Shown: positions 1 to 9,270 of the stretch, piece by piece
Layout of the letters: each line of letters starts with the position of its first letter
Numbering within the stretch: the first letter of the stretch is position 1
Virus record (IMG/VR): IMGVR_UViG_3300037466_003065
Coordinates: 96,001-160,000 of that record
Direction: 5' to 3' (one strand)
DNA length: 64,000 nucleotides
Source of the DNA: a virus
The notes under the pieces: generated by a model
Database searches by the model: none
Seen by the model: the letters and a program-made list of their open reading frames with translations, nothing else
What the model was told of the DNA's origin: nothing
Program-made: the position numbers and the translations under genes

Positions 1-2051
1 ACGGGCGTGCCGACCTCGGCCGCCTTCGCGCTCTTCGACGTGGCCTTCGTGGCGTCCTTCTGGACGAGGTACGACAGCCCATTCGACACGCCGCTCTTCT
101 CCTCGCCGCCGAGCTGGGCGAGCCGCTTCGCCTGGTCGGGGTTCATCCGGCAGGTCGTGAAGCAGAACGTCTGGCCCTTCAGCTTGTCGCTGACGACCTC
201 GACGGCCTCCTCCGGCTTGATCTTGACGTAATCCAGCAGCTCCTCGATCAGCGGCCGGCGGGCGTCGATCGCCTTCTGGAACTTTTCGGCCGTGTTGGGG
301 ATGCTCAGCTCGTCGGCGTAGGCCATCAGGCTCGAGTAGCCCGCGTCATTGGTGAACCAGTTGGTCACGACGTTCAGCTCACCGGGCGTCGGCCCGCCCC
401 CGGGGAGGCCGTCATAGTCCTTGCCGGCATGAGTCGAGTCCCACGCCTGCCGGATCAGCTTCACGCGATCCTTGCCCAGACCGTGGATCGAGAGCGACCC
501 GAGGAACTGGTCGATAGTCAGCTCGCGGGTCTTATTGATCTCCGCAATGACCCTGGACGCGGTCGACTCGCCCAGCCGCTTCCCGCCCACCAGCATGCGG
601 CCGAGCGTGGTCGCGTTCGGGAGCGTGTAGAGGTCAGGGATCGTCTCGACCACCTTGCCGAGCTTCTTGTCCGGCTTGCCGGGGAGGTCGAACAGCGAAT
701 CGCAGTCGGTCTCCATCATGGCTTGGATGATCTCGTCGCCGAGCCACTTGATCTCCAGCGACTTCACCCACCGCATCACCATGCCCTTCTGCAGGCCGGC
801 ACAGTTGACGTTCTCGCAGGCGATGATGATGCCGGGCGTTCCGTCCGCGTTCTTCCGGTTGTCGACCGGCTGGAGGCAGGCCGGGCAACGCTCCGGCTTC
901 TCGATCACCTTCCGGAGGGCGGGCCGCGACTCGACCCGGTCAATGAACGGGATCACATCGCCCGAGCGGACGACGACGATCGTGTCACCGATCGCGATGT
1001 CTTTGTCCCGGATGTTCTGGAGGTTGTGCAGAGTCGGACTGGTCACCTCGGCGCCGCCCAGGATCACGGGGTCGATCTTGGCCACCGGCGTCAGGTTGCC
1101 GCCGTCGCCGAGCTGCCAGACGCACGCCCGCAGAACCGTCCGGGCCTCGGTCGAGGGGAACTTGAACGCCGTCGCGAACTTCGGCCGCTTACCCGACCAG
1201 CCCATCTTCTTCTGCTGGTCGAGGTCGTTCACGGTGAACACGATCCCGTCCAGCTCGACCGGGAACTCGGCGCGTCCCTTCTCGGTCATGCGGGCGTGGT
1301 ACCGCATCGCCTCACCCAGTGAGACGAAGAGGGTGGAGGGAACGACGGTCAGCCCAAGCCGCTCCATCTTGCGGAACTTGTCGGCCTCGTCCTTGATCGA
1401 GAGTTGGCCGCTCGCGTCGACGATCCCGTGGGCCAGGAACTCCAGCCGGTCGCAGAACTGGCCGTCCTTGCTGCCTAGGATCCCGGAGGCGGCGTTGCGG
1501 CTGGTCTTGTACCTCTCCTCCTCGGGGAGGCTCGCGTTGATCTGGTCGAACTCGTACTTCGACAGGTAGACCTCGCCCCGGATCTCTCCCCAGAAGGGCA
1601 GCTTCAGGAGCGTCGGGATGCCGCGCACCATGAAGGCGTTGGCCGTCACGTCGTCGCCGAACGTGCCGTTGCCGCGGGTCACACAGCGGACGACCTTACC
1701 CTCCTCGCAGGTGAGGACGAGGGTAAGGCCGTCGATCTTGGGGGAGCCGACCGAGGGGCCGGGCCACCACGAGGTGAACTCTTTGTCGTTCAAGCTGTTC
1801 GCGAGGGAGCCGATCAGGTTGGCGTGCTTGGTCTTCTTGCGGAAGCCCTCCTTGCCCTTGGGTGGGCCGACGCGGTCGAGCCGCACGCGGTCATCGGGCC
1901 GGAGCTGGGCGTACTCCCGCTTCATGGAATCGTACTCGGCGTCGGTGATGCCGGGGCACTTGCCGCCGAGGTTGTAGTAGACCTGGTCGGCACGGTCGAT
2001 CTGGGCCGCAAGGTAGTAGGCCCGATCGGTTTGTTCGCTCGTCAAAGCCAT
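1..2051 (-). CDS. ligA: NAD-dependent DNA ligase (C-terminus runs off window)
   Basis: Translated by hand; absent from the ORF track because it has no stop in the window. Contains YYNL..ITDAEYD, adenylation motif SPKIDG, TRGNGTFGDDVT, EIRGEVY, SRNAASG, LDGIV, ATAFKFP, RSGDVIP, Zn finger CPAC..C..C, HhH region and BRCT start. AGGAGA RBS precedes the ATG at 2049-2051. Confidence 0.95.
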   Translation of the reverse strand, partial: MALTSEQTDRAYYLAAQIDRADQVYYNLGGKCPGITDAEYDSMKREYAQLRPDDRVRLDRVGPPKGKEGFRKKTKHANLIGSLANSLNDKEFTSWWPGPSVGSPKIDGLTLVLTCEEGKVVRCVTRGNGTFGDDVTANAFMVRGIPTLLKLPFWGEIRGEVYLSKYEFDQINASLPEEERYKTSRNAASGILGSKDGQFCDRLEFLAHGIVDASGQLSIKDEADKFRKMERLGLTVVPSTLFVSLGEAMRYHARMTEKGRAEFPVELDGIVFTVNDLDQQKKMGWSGKRPKFATAFKFPSTEARTVLRACVWQLGDGGNLTPVAKIDPVILGGAEVTSPTLHNLQNIRDKDIAIGDTIVVVRSGDVIPFIDRVESRPALRKVIEKPERCPACLQPVDNRKNADGTPGIIIACENVNCAGLQKGMVMRWVKSLEIKWLGDEIIQAMMETDCDSLFDLPGKPDKKLGKVVETIPDLYTLPNATTLGRMLVGGKRLGESTASRVIAEINKTRELTIDQFLGSLSIHGLGKDRVKLIRQAWDSTHAGKDYDGLPGGGPTPGELNVVTNWFTNDAGYSSLMAYADELSIPNTAEKFQKAIDARRPLIEELLDYVKIKPEEAVEVVSDKLKGQTFCFTTCRMNPDQAKRLAQLGGEEKSGVSNGLSYLVQKDATKATSKSAKAAEVGTP

Positions 2052-2264
2052 GGATGTCTCCTGTACTTGAAGGTGGGGATTTTCTTTCAGGCAACGGAAG
2101 CAGATCGGACAGTCCTCGTTGCTGAGCGTTCGACACGCGACACAGTAGGGCTTGGCGCAGATGCAGCACGGTTCGAGGTCGAGCTCGTCGATATTGCTGT
2201 GCTCCTCGTGGTCGTCCTCGACCTCGCCGCAGCCGTCGCACGCTTGATTGTATCGCATGGTCAT
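2052..2264 (-). CDS. Cys-rich Zn-finger-like segment in frame with, and upstream of, ligA
   Basis: The ATG at 2262-2264 overlaps the upstream TGA. 71 codons (MTMRYNQACDGC...CCICAKPYCVAC...CPICFRC) run without a stop into the ligase ATG. Confidence 0.5.
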
Positions 2265-2785
2265 TGCCTCGAACGAAAGGTCTCCTCGTCCGCGTTGAGC
2301 CGGTCGTTGAGCTGGGCCTCGGTCTCCGGGTTCATGTGGAACTTGTCGCACATGCGGTTGTAGAAGCCGAGCCAGACGTCTCGCACGAACGGGTCGGGGT
2401 GCTTGTACCCGACGATCTCGGCGGCATGGACGAAGTGGAGGATGTAGTGGTGGGGGAGGTGGTCGTGGTTCTTCGCGAACGCCTTCATGTGCTCGCGCAA
2501 CGACTCCAGCGTGTGGTGATCCATCGCACTGAACCGGCCGGTCGGGTCGGCGGGGCCGTAGGTGACCGGCATCATGAACGAACTGGGGTTCTCGTCGTGC
2601 GTGTAGAGGATCAGCGGCCGGTACATCCGGGCGAGGATCTTGGACGTCTCGTCCCGGTCGATGCCGTCGGCGCCGCGGACGGCCGCGAGCAGCACGCCCT
2701 GCATGCGGGCGCCGAGCGCGCAGACCCATTCTTTGACGATGCCCTTGCCGGGCGTTCCTTTGACCTGATGCGGATCGGGCTTCAT
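2261..2785 (-). CDS. conserved phage hypothetical protein
   Basis: ORF track 2261..2956; start reassigned to MKPDPHQ after an AGGAGACATC RBS. His-rich core HLPHHYILHFVHAAEIVGYKHP. Confidence 0.8.
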   Translation of the reverse strand: MKPDPHQVKGTPGKGIVKEWVCALGARMQGVLLAAVRGADGIDRDETSKILARMYRPLILYTHDENPSSFMMPVTYGPADPTGRFSAMDHHTLESLREHMKAFAKNHDHLPHHYILHFVHAAEIVGYKHPDPFVRDVWLGFYNRMCDKFHMNPETEAQLNDRLNADEETFRSRQ

Positions 2786-2807
2786 GTGATGTCTCCTGTG
2801 TGAAGGG

Positions 2808-3518
2808 TTACTTGCTTGTGAGGGCAGCGGCGATGCTTGCACGGATCTTCTCGTCGACCTCCGGATTGTCGAGAACGCCTGTGTACGAATACTCCGTCGA
2901 GTCGTCGACCCAGCGGCGACGTGCGGTGAGGTTCCAGTGTTCGCCATTGCTCGCACTTAGGATCCTCGACTCCTGGTCGAAGATGTTGTAGCCGTTCATG
3001 CCCTCCGGCCGCTCGCGGCGGATGCCGAGCTTCGCCAGCTCCTCCCACGTCGGCGCGGGCGGGATGAACCGCTCGAACATGACGTCGCACCAGTGGCCCT
3101 TGACCCCGCCGACAATGTCGGCCTTGCGGTAGCTGTGGTGGTGCCACGCGTCGAGCGGATCGATCGGGTACCAGCCGTCCGCAGCGGCCTTGGCGCTCAG
3201 CTCGGCCCCTAAGACTGCGGCGATCTTGGCGTTCTTGTACTCCTCCTGGGTCAGGCTGTTGGTGTCGGTGGGGACGGTCACCTCGGGTACGAAGATACGG
3301 AACTCCTTGGTCTGCCGCAGGTGTCCGATCCGGGTGTCCTGTGTGAGCTCCACGTCCGCCTCTTTGCCGCCCTGGTGGCCACCCGCGAAGGCGTCCGCGA
3401 TCGCGTCGCTGGGGATGTCGACCGTGCCGACGCGCCGGCCGCTCGCCTTGTCGTCGAGCAGTACGGTGACTCCCTTCACGCTTCGGATCAACTTAATTGA
3501 GCACTTCAAGTTCAACAC
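2808..3518 (-). CDS. hypothetical protein
   Basis: 236-aa ORF, GTG start after AGGAG, protein-like composition. Confidence 0.7.
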   Translation of the reverse strand: MLNLKCSIKLIRSVKGVTVLLDDKASGRRVGTVDIPSDAIADAFAGGHQGGKEADVELTQDTRIGHLRQTKEFRIFVPEVTVPTDTNSLTQEEYKNAKIAAVLGAELSAKAAADGWYPIDPLDAWHHHSYRKADIVGGVKGHWCDVMFERFIPPAPTWEELAKLGIRRERPEGMNGYNIFDQESRILSASNGEHWNLTARRRWVDDSTEYSYTGVLDNPEVDEKIRASIAAALTSK

Positions 3519-4608
3519 GCTTGCTCCTGTACTTGTTCTGGGCCTTCTTCGTAGCCATCAACTCTTCGTACCGCTCGACGATCGAGCGGGCCGTAGTGTA
3601 CTTGATCTGTAATCCAATGCCATCGGCGACCTGTTTCCGCACGGTGGCCAGCAGATCGGCGTCTTCCAGCGAGGGGACGGCCGTTGGCCAGCCCTTTTGG
3701 TAGAGCATGGACTTCGGCAGCCTGTCCTCCAACACCGCCCTGATCCGGGCTGTCTCTTTGGCCGGCCCGACCCGCCGCCGCTGCTCGACGGTCAGGTCAC
3801 TGGGTGACACGTCGCACAGCCACTTGCCGCTCTGGAACGCGAACGTCGACCGCAGCTCGAGGTCACACATCTCCCGGTAGAGGTCGAGGTTGTCTGGGCA
3901 AGACACGGCCGCCCGGAGGTCGGCGGCGGCCGACATGATGCAGAACGCACAGCTCACCCGAGACGCGCCGTACTTGGTGTACGCCTCGTGCTGGGCGAAG
4001 TGGTTCTCCTTGGCGATCACTAGGACGTCCTCCAGCTTCCAGTCGATGATGGGGTGCCAGTCGAAGCCGTAGGTCTTGTGCGTGACGCTGGACAGCTTCG
4101 GCTGCTGCTTGACCACCGGGGCCTTCGCGCGGTTGGCCGACTCTTCCCTGCGGATGCCGCTGACGCTGAGGATCTGCTGGCCGGGGAACCGCCGGATCAG
4201 CTCACGGCAGATCACGGCCGTCTTTAGCTCCGACGTGCAGAACCGCATCGACGGCGTCGACCAGGGTAGGATGAGTTGGACGCATTCGAGGTTGGCGTAC
4301 CGCTCGCAGTTGTTCGACCACCGGGTCAGCCAACGATCCATCATGTCGCCGGCCGTGCGACGCACCGTCACCAGCTCCAGACCGAGCCGCTGAGACAGCC
4401 GCTCGCAGGTGGGTGCGGAATCTTGCCATTCCACTCTGCCTAAGTCTGCGTGCACTAAGATCCTGGGGCCGCTGTGACCGATTCGCCGCAGGTACTGGAC
4501 GGTGGCCCACGCGGCGGCGACCGAGTCCTTGCCGCCGGACACACCAATGGCGACCGGGGAGCCCGCGGCCAGAGCACGATCGACGACGGGGTCAGTTGCG
4601 ATGTTCAT
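3493..4608 (-). CDS. phosphoadenosine phosphosulfate (PAPS) reductase family protein (PP-loop)
   Basis: Motifs VAIGVSGGKDS, HADLGRVEW, RFCTSELK, GIRREESANRA, WHPIIDW, RVSCAFC. Start MNIATD after GGAGG. Confidence 0.9.
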   Translation of the reverse strand: MNIATDPVVDRALAAGSPVAIGVSGGKDSVAAAWATVQYLRRIGHSGPRILVHADLGRVEWQDSAPTCERLSQRLGLELVTVRRTAGDMMDRWLTRWSNNCERYANLECVQLILPWSTPSMRFCTSELKTAVICRELIRRFPGQQILSVSGIRREESANRAKAPVVKQQPKLSSVTHKTYGFDWHPIIDWKLEDVLVIAKENHFAQHEAYTKYGASRVSCAFCIMSAAADLRAAVSCPDNLDLYREMCDLELRSTFAFQSGKWLCDVSPSDLTVEQRRRVGPAKETARIRAVLEDRLPKSMLYQKGWPTAVPSLEDADLLATVRKQVADGIGLQIKYTTARSIVERYEELMATKKAQNKYRSKRVELEVLN

Positions 4609-4961
4609 CGTGGCACCTCCGTGGCTTCGTAGTATTCGGGGGGCGGGAACTTCTCGGGGTGCTCGCCGTCGTAGCTCTTGGGCGGCTCCCGGAACTGGAT
4701 CGGCACCTGCTTCAGGGCTAGTAACGATTCGCGGACGGCCTCGATCTCCTTCTTGGAGAAGCGGTCGAAGTCCGTCCACTCGTCGCACGCCTTCAGGCTG
4801 AAGTCGATGTCGTCGTCGTCGAAGTTCTCGTCCTCCCATACGATGTGGGACGGGCCCCAGCGCAGGGCATCGGAGGAGTCGTTCAGCTTCTCGACGGCCG
4901 CCTTGTAGATGTCGACGACGCGACGTGCCCATCCCCAGTGACAGAACCAACAGATGCTCAT
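4605..4961 (-). CDS. conserved phage hypothetical protein
   Basis: MSICWFCHWGW...GPSHIVWEDENF; GGGAGGCATC RBS. Confidence 0.75.
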   Translation of the reverse strand: MSICWFCHWGWARRVVDIYKAAVEKLNDSSDALRWGPSHIVWEDENFDDDDIDFSLKACDEWTDFDRFSKKEIEAVRESLLALKQVPIQFREPPKSYDGEHPEKFPPPEYYEATEVPR

Positions 4962-4978
4962 GATGCCTCCCAAAAGAA

Positions 4979-5002
4979 GGGCCCGCCCCGAAGGGCGGGC
5001 CC
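4979..5002 (-). terminator. intrinsic terminator
   Basis: 10-bp GC stem GGGCCCGCCC with UUCG loop, followed by UUCUUUU on the minus strand. Confidence 0.85.
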
Positions 5003-5027
5003 ATTTGTTGCGGGTTGACGGACGGGC

Positions 5028-5801
5028 TTAGGCGCCCTTCGGGGCGTCCAGCTTGGTGTCCGTGGAGATGACCCCGCGGCTCTTCATCAGCTCCTCCACC
5101 TTCCGGCGGGCGTCCGCGTTGGCGATCTCGCGATCCTCGGCCACCCGATTCCGGCGAGCTGCGGCAGCCGTATCGACGACGGCAGGGGCGCGGCGGGTGT
5201 CGGTGCGCTGACGTAGACGCTCCATCGCCTCGGCGAGCTGGCTGCTCTCGGAGGACAGGTCGAGGCTGGTGCTCACCGCATTGTTGGCCTCGTCGGCCTT
5301 GGCGAGCTCGTCGTTGCTGACCAGCTCCTTGAGCTGCTCGCGCTGCAGCTCGTAGTCCTGCTGGGCTTGGGTGGCCTCGGCCTGCGATGCCTCGAACTGC
5401 TTGTTGGCGTTGGCCAGCGACTCCTCGGCCTGGTGCAGGGCCTCGGTCTTCATGTCGAGCTGACGCTGGGCCTCGGTGGCACCGTCAACGTCGTTCTTGC
5501 CCATGCGGTGGTTGCGGCGACTCTCCCACTCCTTCACGTCGGCGAGAAGGTCGTTGACCTTCCGCTGGCGGCTCTCGAGGGTAGCCCAGTACGTCTGCCG
5601 ACGCTTGGCCGCGTCGTCCATCTTGTCCTTGATCTGGGACAGGATGCCCTGAGCTTGCGTGGCCGGGTCGACCTTGTCCAGCTTGGTGCCGTAGCCGTGG
5701 GCGAGGTTGCGGAGGGACTGGGCGGCGCCGCCGGGGCCCCGCACCTTGGTGTAGAGGATGATGCCGACGATGACGAGAACGATAAAGATGATGAGATACA
5801 T
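5028..5801 (-). CDS. PspA/IM30-like coiled-coil protein with N-terminal transmembrane anchor
   Basis: Hydrophobic N-terminus MYLIIFIVLVIVGIILY followed by ~200 aa of heptad coiled coil resembling PspA; AAGGAG RBS. Confidence 0.65.
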   Translation of the reverse strand: MYLIIFIVLVIVGIILYTKVRGPGGAAQSLRNLAHGYGTKLDKVDPATQAQGILSQIKDKMDDAAKRRQTYWATLESRQRKVNDLLADVKEWESRRNHRMGKNDVDGATEAQRQLDMKTEALHQAEESLANANKQFEASQAEATQAQQDYELQREQLKELVSNDELAKADEANNAVSTSLDLSSESSQLAEAMERLRQRTDTRRAPAVVDTAAAARRNRVAEDREIANADARRKVEELMKSRGVISTDTKLDAPKGA

Positions 5802-5821
5802 TGTGCGTTGCTCCTTGGGGG

Positions 5822-6583
5822 TTAGTAACTGATGCGTTCCGGGTTGATCTCGATCCCCTTGTAGATCTCGACGTAGCTGGTCTTGGCGTCCTGTTCGACG
5901 AACACGAACTCGTTGACCTTGTTGCCTCCTTCGGTGGTTGTTTCGCGGGAGAAGTCCCACAGCTTGAGCCGGTGCCGGCGGGCCGCCGCCAGGCCCTTGC
6001 CGTGCGGCCGGAACGAGACCGACTTGCAGCCGTGCGGGGCGTGGACGCCCTTGGCCCGCCAGTACGTGGCGGTAATGTCCTTGCTCTCGTCGTCAAACTC
6101 CACGAACTTGCCGGTGTTGTCGTCCTCGCGCTCGAGGAGGGCCGCCATCAGGTCGCGGAAGTCCTTGTGGTCGGCGCCCAGTTCGTCGTGCAGGCGGCAG
6201 ATCACGTAGTCGAACTCCATCTCCCCGCCACCCAGATCCTTCGGGAAGATCCGCAGCACGAGCCGGTTGGCGCTGAAGACTTGGGTCAGCATGTAGTCGG
6301 TGAACGGGTATACATCCTCGTGGATCTGCTCGACCGACCGCACCTGGCTGACCACGTAGTCGCCGCCATAAAGGGGGTGGTCGATCGTGATCTTCGCCTG
6401 CATACCCTTCGTCATCTTCCCGATCGCGTGCACCGGATCCTCGAACCGGTATTCGTTGTCGCCGCTGGTCTTCACGGTGACATTGTGGGCGTCCGCGGGC
6501 GTCGCGGCTGGCTTGCCCTTGAACAGCTCCTTCACGTTGGCGCCGATCCATCCGGCGAATGTGCGTCCTTTGAGCGATGCCAC
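5822..6583 (-). CDS. beta-rich protein, tentatively DUF4178/YjfK-like PspA partner
   Basis: 253-aa ORF next to the PspA-like gene. The family call rests mostly on context. Confidence 0.55.
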   Translation of the reverse strand: MASLKGRTFAGWIGANVKELFKGKPAATPADAHNVTVKTSGDNEYRFEDPVHAIGKMTKGMQAKITIDHPLYGGDYVVSQVRSVEQIHEDVYPFTDYMLTQVFSANRLVLRIFPKDLGGGEMEFDYVICRLHDELGADHKDFRDLMAALLEREDDNTGKFVEFDDESKDITATYWRAKGVHAPHGCKSVSFRPHGKGLAAARRHRLKLWDFSRETTTEGGNKVNEFVFVEQDAKTSYVEIYKGIEINPERISY

Positions 6584-6584
6584 G

Positions 6585-7103
6585 TTAGTACCTCCGGAAG
6601 AATATGAAGTAGACGGCGGCCCCGATCAGGCCGGCCCAGAACAGGAACTTGATGACGCCCCAGCACGGGTCGAAGCTGTAGTGGTGGGCGACCGGGCTGC
6701 CGTTCACGTACACCGTGTCGTGGCCGCTCGACCGGCCCATCATCCAGCCCCAGAAGAAGCCGTCGTTGCTGCTCCCGCCGCCGTAGTTGTGAATGTGGGT
6801 GTCGCCGCTGCGCGGGGTCGAAGACGAGCTGCCGGACGAGTCGCCCTTCTTCGACGAGCTCCCCCACCAAGACGACCCGGAACCGGAGGAGCCGCTCGAC
6901 GACGAGCTGCTGGACGGCTTAGAATACGACTCGCTCTGCGAGCGGCGGGCGGCCGAGCTGGCCCCACTGTTCACGCTGGACGAGCTGCGAGAGCTGCCCG
7001 AGCTGCTACTGCTCGACCGGCCCGACGACCCGCTCGACCCGTAGCCCGCCCACGCCGCGGTGGACATGCAGAGAGCGAGCAGGATTACCAATACCTTTTT
7101 CAC
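6585..7103 (-). CDS. secreted/membrane Ser-Gly-rich protein
   Basis: Signal peptide MKKVLVILLALCMSTAAWA, poly-Ser/Gly tract, FFWGWMMG motif and a C-terminal TM helix. Confidence 0.8.
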   Translation of the reverse strand: MKKVLVILLALCMSTAAWAGYGSSGSSGRSSSSSSGSSRSSSSVNSGASSAARRSQSESYSKPSSSSSSSGSSGSGSSWWGSSSKKGDSSGSSSSTPRSGDTHIHNYGGGSSNDGFFWGWMMGRSSGHDTVYVNGSPVAHHYSFDPCWGVIKFLFWAGLIGAAVYFIFFRRY

Positions 7104-7184
7104 GATCGTGTTCTCCTTGAAGACGCCCCCATTAGTTTCGGTTGTGTGGGTGAGGTGCCCCGATTATAGATCCGGCCCGATTCT

Positions 7185-7517
7185 CTACGCCTTTCCTGCC
7201 ACATCCCCCTTTCCACAGACCAGGACGGTCACCTCGCCTCGATGCGCTGCACAAAGGAACTCTTGCAACGGGCGACGGTTGGCGTCGTCCCAAGGCCCGT
7301 CGTCGAACTTGAGCTCATACCGGTATGGGACGGTCGGCACGTGCCTCATATCGTCCTGGTTCGTGAAGTAGACATTAACGCGGGAGTCGTCGGCAACGAC
7401 CGGGTAGTAGGTGGGTCTAAACGAGTGCACGCGGAACCCTTCACCCTCGGGGGTCTGGCCATCGGGCACGAAGCGGATCCGCACTTGGTGCGGCAAGTAC
7501 ATCGGCGTGTCCTTCAT
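7185..7517 (-). CDS. hypothetical protein
   Basis: Start MKDTPMY overlaps the upstream stop. Confidence 0.6.
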   Translation of the reverse strand: MKDTPMYLPHQVRIRFVPDGQTPEGEGFRVHSFRPTYYPVVADDSRVNVYFTNQDDMRHVPTVPYRYELKFDDGPWDDANRRPLQEFLCAAHRGEVTVLVCGKGDVAGKA

Positions 7518-8023
7518 AGCTCGACCACCCCCAGTCCCACGTTGTAGCTGGGGATCGGCGGGTGCATGAGCTTCTGGATCCGCTCGACGCTGGTCACCCG
7601 GTACAACTTGCCGGTGTACGGGTTGCTGGTCGGGCGAGCGTTGCGGCCCCACTGGAACACGACCGTCTTCCCGACGATGTCAACCATGTCCAGGTCGGCG
7701 TCCTGCTCCCGCATGTCGACGATCCAGATGGTGCCGCGACCCTGCGTCACGAAGACGTCGTCCACCCGAAGTAGGAGCACGCCGCAGATCTGTCGCTCGG
7801 CCGGCGTGAGGTAGGGCAGGGCCGAGCGGCGGATCTCCTCCAGCATCGCGGCGGTCATGCCGCCGCCGCCCAGCTTGGGGGTGAGCATGCGGTAGAGGCG
7901 GGCTGACCAGCGACCCAGGCCGATGGGGTCGTCATTGATCAGAGAGCACGGATTTGACCCACCGCTCGGCGTCTCGGCCGTCCACCCAGTATTTTGAGAG
8001 GTCGGTTCTGTCTTCGATTCCAT
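7514..8023 (-). CDS. hypothetical protein (start uncertain)
   Basis: ORF track; the C-terminal two-thirds look protein-like. Confidence 0.5.
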   Translation of the reverse strand: MESKTEPTSQNTGWTAETPSGGSNPCSLINDDPIGLGRWSARLYRMLTPKLGGGGMTAAMLEEIRRSALPYLTPAERQICGVLLLRVDDVFVTQGRGTIWIVDMREQDADLDMVDIVGKTVVFQWGRNARPTSNPYTGKLYRVTSVERIQKLMHPPIPSYNVGLGVVEL

Positions 8024-8121
8024 CGATCGTTTTCTCCAGTAAGTGTAGTGACCGGTGCGTGAAGTTGATCGTCCGCTCGATGCGGTCGGTGCCGACCTCG
8101 CGGACGTGGATCTTCCCGCAG

Positions 8122-9270
8122 CTATTCTTCTTCCTCTGCTTCCTCGTCGGTGTCGTCGTCCCCATCGTCGTCCTCGTCTTCCAGTGATTCTTCCTGGTCG
8201 TCTTCCTCATCGAAGTCCTCCTCCTCGTCTTCGAAGCCGATCTCCTCGCGACGGTCTTGCTCCTCGTCCGGGTCGAGGCCAAGGCTTTCGTCGAGCAGCT
8301 CGACATCCGGCTCGTCCTTGACGTAGTTGTCTGCCAAGAACCTGATGACCTCGTTCCAGTTCTCGGCGACGCCGGCCAGGAGCTGCTTCTCGCGAGCCTC
8401 CTTCGTGAGGAGCTTGTTGAACTTCTCGTTGCTCCGCAGCGGCTCGACGGCCTCCCGGATCAGGCGGTCGAGGATCGTGGGCTCGAGCGCGTCCAACTCC
8501 CAGCTCTCCTCGCCGTGGAGGCGGATGTACTCCTTCGCCCGCGGATCCTTGATCTTGGCCGGGTTCGGCGGGGGGTTGTAGACGTCGACCTGGTCGCGGT
8601 TCAACGCGATCCGCTTGACCTCCAGCCTTCGACCCTGCCGTCCCATGAACTGCCGCGTACGCTCGATGATGTCGCGGGTCATGTCGATGCCGCTGGGGTC
8701 GTGGTCGCCGAGGTGGACGATCACGGGGATGTGTCCCTCGTCCACCAGATTCTTCAGCCGCTGTGCGTTGTTCCACATGGCGGTCTGTGAGACGTACCCG
8801 CGGCACGAGAAGAACGGGATGTCGAGCTCGCGGCAGGGGCGGCCGATCACGCCCTCGAGCGCGTCCTTCTCGACATAGACCTCGGGGCGGTAGAGCTGAT
8901 CCTCCCACTTGTTGATCAGGTACTGCTGGGCGACCGCGTTCACGATCGACTGCGGGCTCGACCAGTGGCTGTTGCCGTCCATCTCGCGGGTGCGATCCTC
9001 GATGGCGTTCCAGTCGATCAGGCCGGCCATGCGGCCGTAGTTCACAATGTCCCCGAGCTTCTTGTACGTCTTCGGGTTGTTCGTGCTGCCGTACTTCGGA
9101 TCGAAGTAGCGTTCGTCGAACCAGTCCCGAGCAACAAACTGATAGTAAACCTGCCGGAGCGTCAGGTTGTAGCCCTGCCGCTTGTAGCTGTTCACCACCT
9201 GGTTGACCTTCTGGATCATGTCCAGGTGATGCTTCGAGAACTTCTTGTTGATGTACTTGATCTTGGGCAT
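8122..9270 (-). CDS. Topoisomerase VI-A/Spo11-like TOPRIM protein with acidic tail
   Basis: wHTH motif TLRQVYYQ, EVYVEKDA, CRGYVS, HLGDHDPSG (TOPRIM DxD), KRIALN, WELDALEP; about 50-aa D/E tail. Confidence 0.8.
   Translation of the reverse strand: MPKIKYINKKFSKHHLDMIQKVNQVVNSYKRQGYNLTLRQVYYQFVARDWFDERYFDPKYGSTNNPKTYKKLGDIVNYGRMAGLIDWNAIEDRTREMDGNSHWSSPQSIVNAVAQQYLINKWEDQLYRPEVYVEKDALEGVIGRPCRELDIPFFSCRGYVSQTAMWNNAQRLKNLVDEGHIPVIVHLGDHDPSGIDMTRDIIERTRQFMGRQGRRLEVKRIALNRDQVDVYNPPPNPAKIKDPRAKEYIRLHGEESWELDALEPTILDRLIREAVEPLRSNEKFNKLLTKEAREKQLLAGVAENWNEVIRFLADNYVKDEPDVELLDESLGLDPDEEQDRREEIGFEDEEEDFDEEDDQEESLEDEDDDGDDDTDEEAEEEE

Noticed and set aside
6585-7103. Ser-rich tract as a DNA tandem repeat
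   Set aside because: Codons vary, so this is protein-level low complexity rather than a nucleotide repeat.
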